This document shows positions 63,617-64,000 of a DNA stretch of 64,000 nucleotides, one piece after another. Location of the stretch: NCBI GenBank assembly GCA_002753565.1, contig PEAM01000016.1, forward strand, positions 4,400 to 68,399. Direction: 5' to 3'. The notes under the pieces were generated by a model. The model saw nothing but the letters and a program-made list of their open reading frames with translations, had not been told where the DNA came from and did not search any database. Made by a program: the position numbers and the translations under genes. How positions within the stretch are numbered: position 1 is the stretch's first letter; every line of letters starts with the position of its first letter. Source of the stretch: Magnetococcales bacterium (lineage in GTDB: Bacteria > Pseudomonadota > Magnetococcia > Magnetococcales > JADFYX01).

Positions 63617-63750
63617 CCACTCGTGGCCTTAACGGTCAGGGATGTTGCTCACTCCACCATCAAGGAGAGGCCAACAGCTGGGCGTACAGATTACCGTTGT
63701 CTTATCGAAGCAAAGGATGTCGAGATGGATTAGGTAGGTAAAAAAAAGAA

Positions 63751-63942
63751 TCAGGTAAAGAGTTTAGAGAGGTTGGGCCACAATTTATCAATAATCTGCC
63801 CACTGTTTCCGCCCGCAAGATAACAACCCCGGCACATGACACCACGCCATCCCTGCTTACAGACCGATTTATGCTGCAACGTTCCGTCCTTAATACAGAC
63901 GGTTCCTCGTTCTCGTCCTGACTCTCCAGAACAATTTGACAT
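63751..63942 (-). CDS. Small Cys-rich hypothetical protein (63 aa)
   Basis: ATG 63942 is preceded by GGAGTG. Five Cys residues, including CRGC. No family recognised, so this could be spurious. Confidence 0.25.
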   Translation of the reverse strand: MSNCSGESGRERGTVCIKDGTLQHKSVCKQGWRGVMCRGCYLAGGNSGQIIDKLWPNLSKLFT

Positions 63943-64000
63943 GATATTCACACTCCATTTCACGATGAACAGAGAAGAAAAAAGTTTCAGGACGGTAATC

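Overview
All calls come from reading the sequence and the ORF track by eye. No homology searches or computations were run. The window is a dense chromosomal segment of a Gram-negative, probably proteobacterial, genome with about 55 protein-coding genes. I saw no rRNA, tRNA, CRISPR array, transposase or integrase.

Recognisable content, left to right:
- a 5'-truncated M50-peptidase/HlyD-adaptor fusion
- a CHASE2 class III nucleotidyl cyclase, flanked by a secreted protein and an MBL-fold hydrolase
- a membrane-anchored hemerythrin
- a DUF2157/GDYXXLXY pair followed by the classic alpha-2-macroglobulin/PbpC pair
- a DedA-FAD oxidoreductase fusion, an AlsS-like acetolactate synthase, holA, an MFS transporter and an NhaD antiporter
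- a five-gene NeuB/NeuA-type ulosonic-acid cluster
- trmB, flanked by two copies of a ~136-nt repeat
- a 9.6-kb minus-strand envelope cluster: ABC-2 exporter, SCP2, MFP, RND, two Pro/Trp/Tyr-rich secreted proteins and a LolA-like protein
- nnr, an Fe-S aldo/keto reductase and thyX
- an operon of three secreted low-complexity proteins, two of them extreme Asn/Trp/Gly repeat paralogs
- an orphan ParA ATPase next to a membrane protein with a methionine-core coiled coil
- a GGDEF sensor
- a PAS histidine kinase plus sigma-54 activator, with a good sigma-54 promoter immediately downstream of the activator gene
- a UDP-glucuronate-epimerase-like gene, rnhA, a large NAD-glutamate dehydrogenase, cysC and small membrane proteins

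The best candidates for something undescribed are:
1. The Asn/Trp-rich secreted protein operon (44393-46106) together with the adjacent ParA and Met-zipper membrane protein pair (46336-47894). This may be an inclusion-coat or matrix system with its own positioning module.
2. The RND operon. It lacks an outer-membrane factor. It carries a Lys/Ala/Pro-rich tail on the pump, two translationally coupled disordered aromatic/proline proteins and a LolA-like protein.
3. Two intergenic repeat families. A 54-nt unit occurs in inverted copies 13.7 kb apart. A 136-nt unit occurs in direct copies bracketing trmB.
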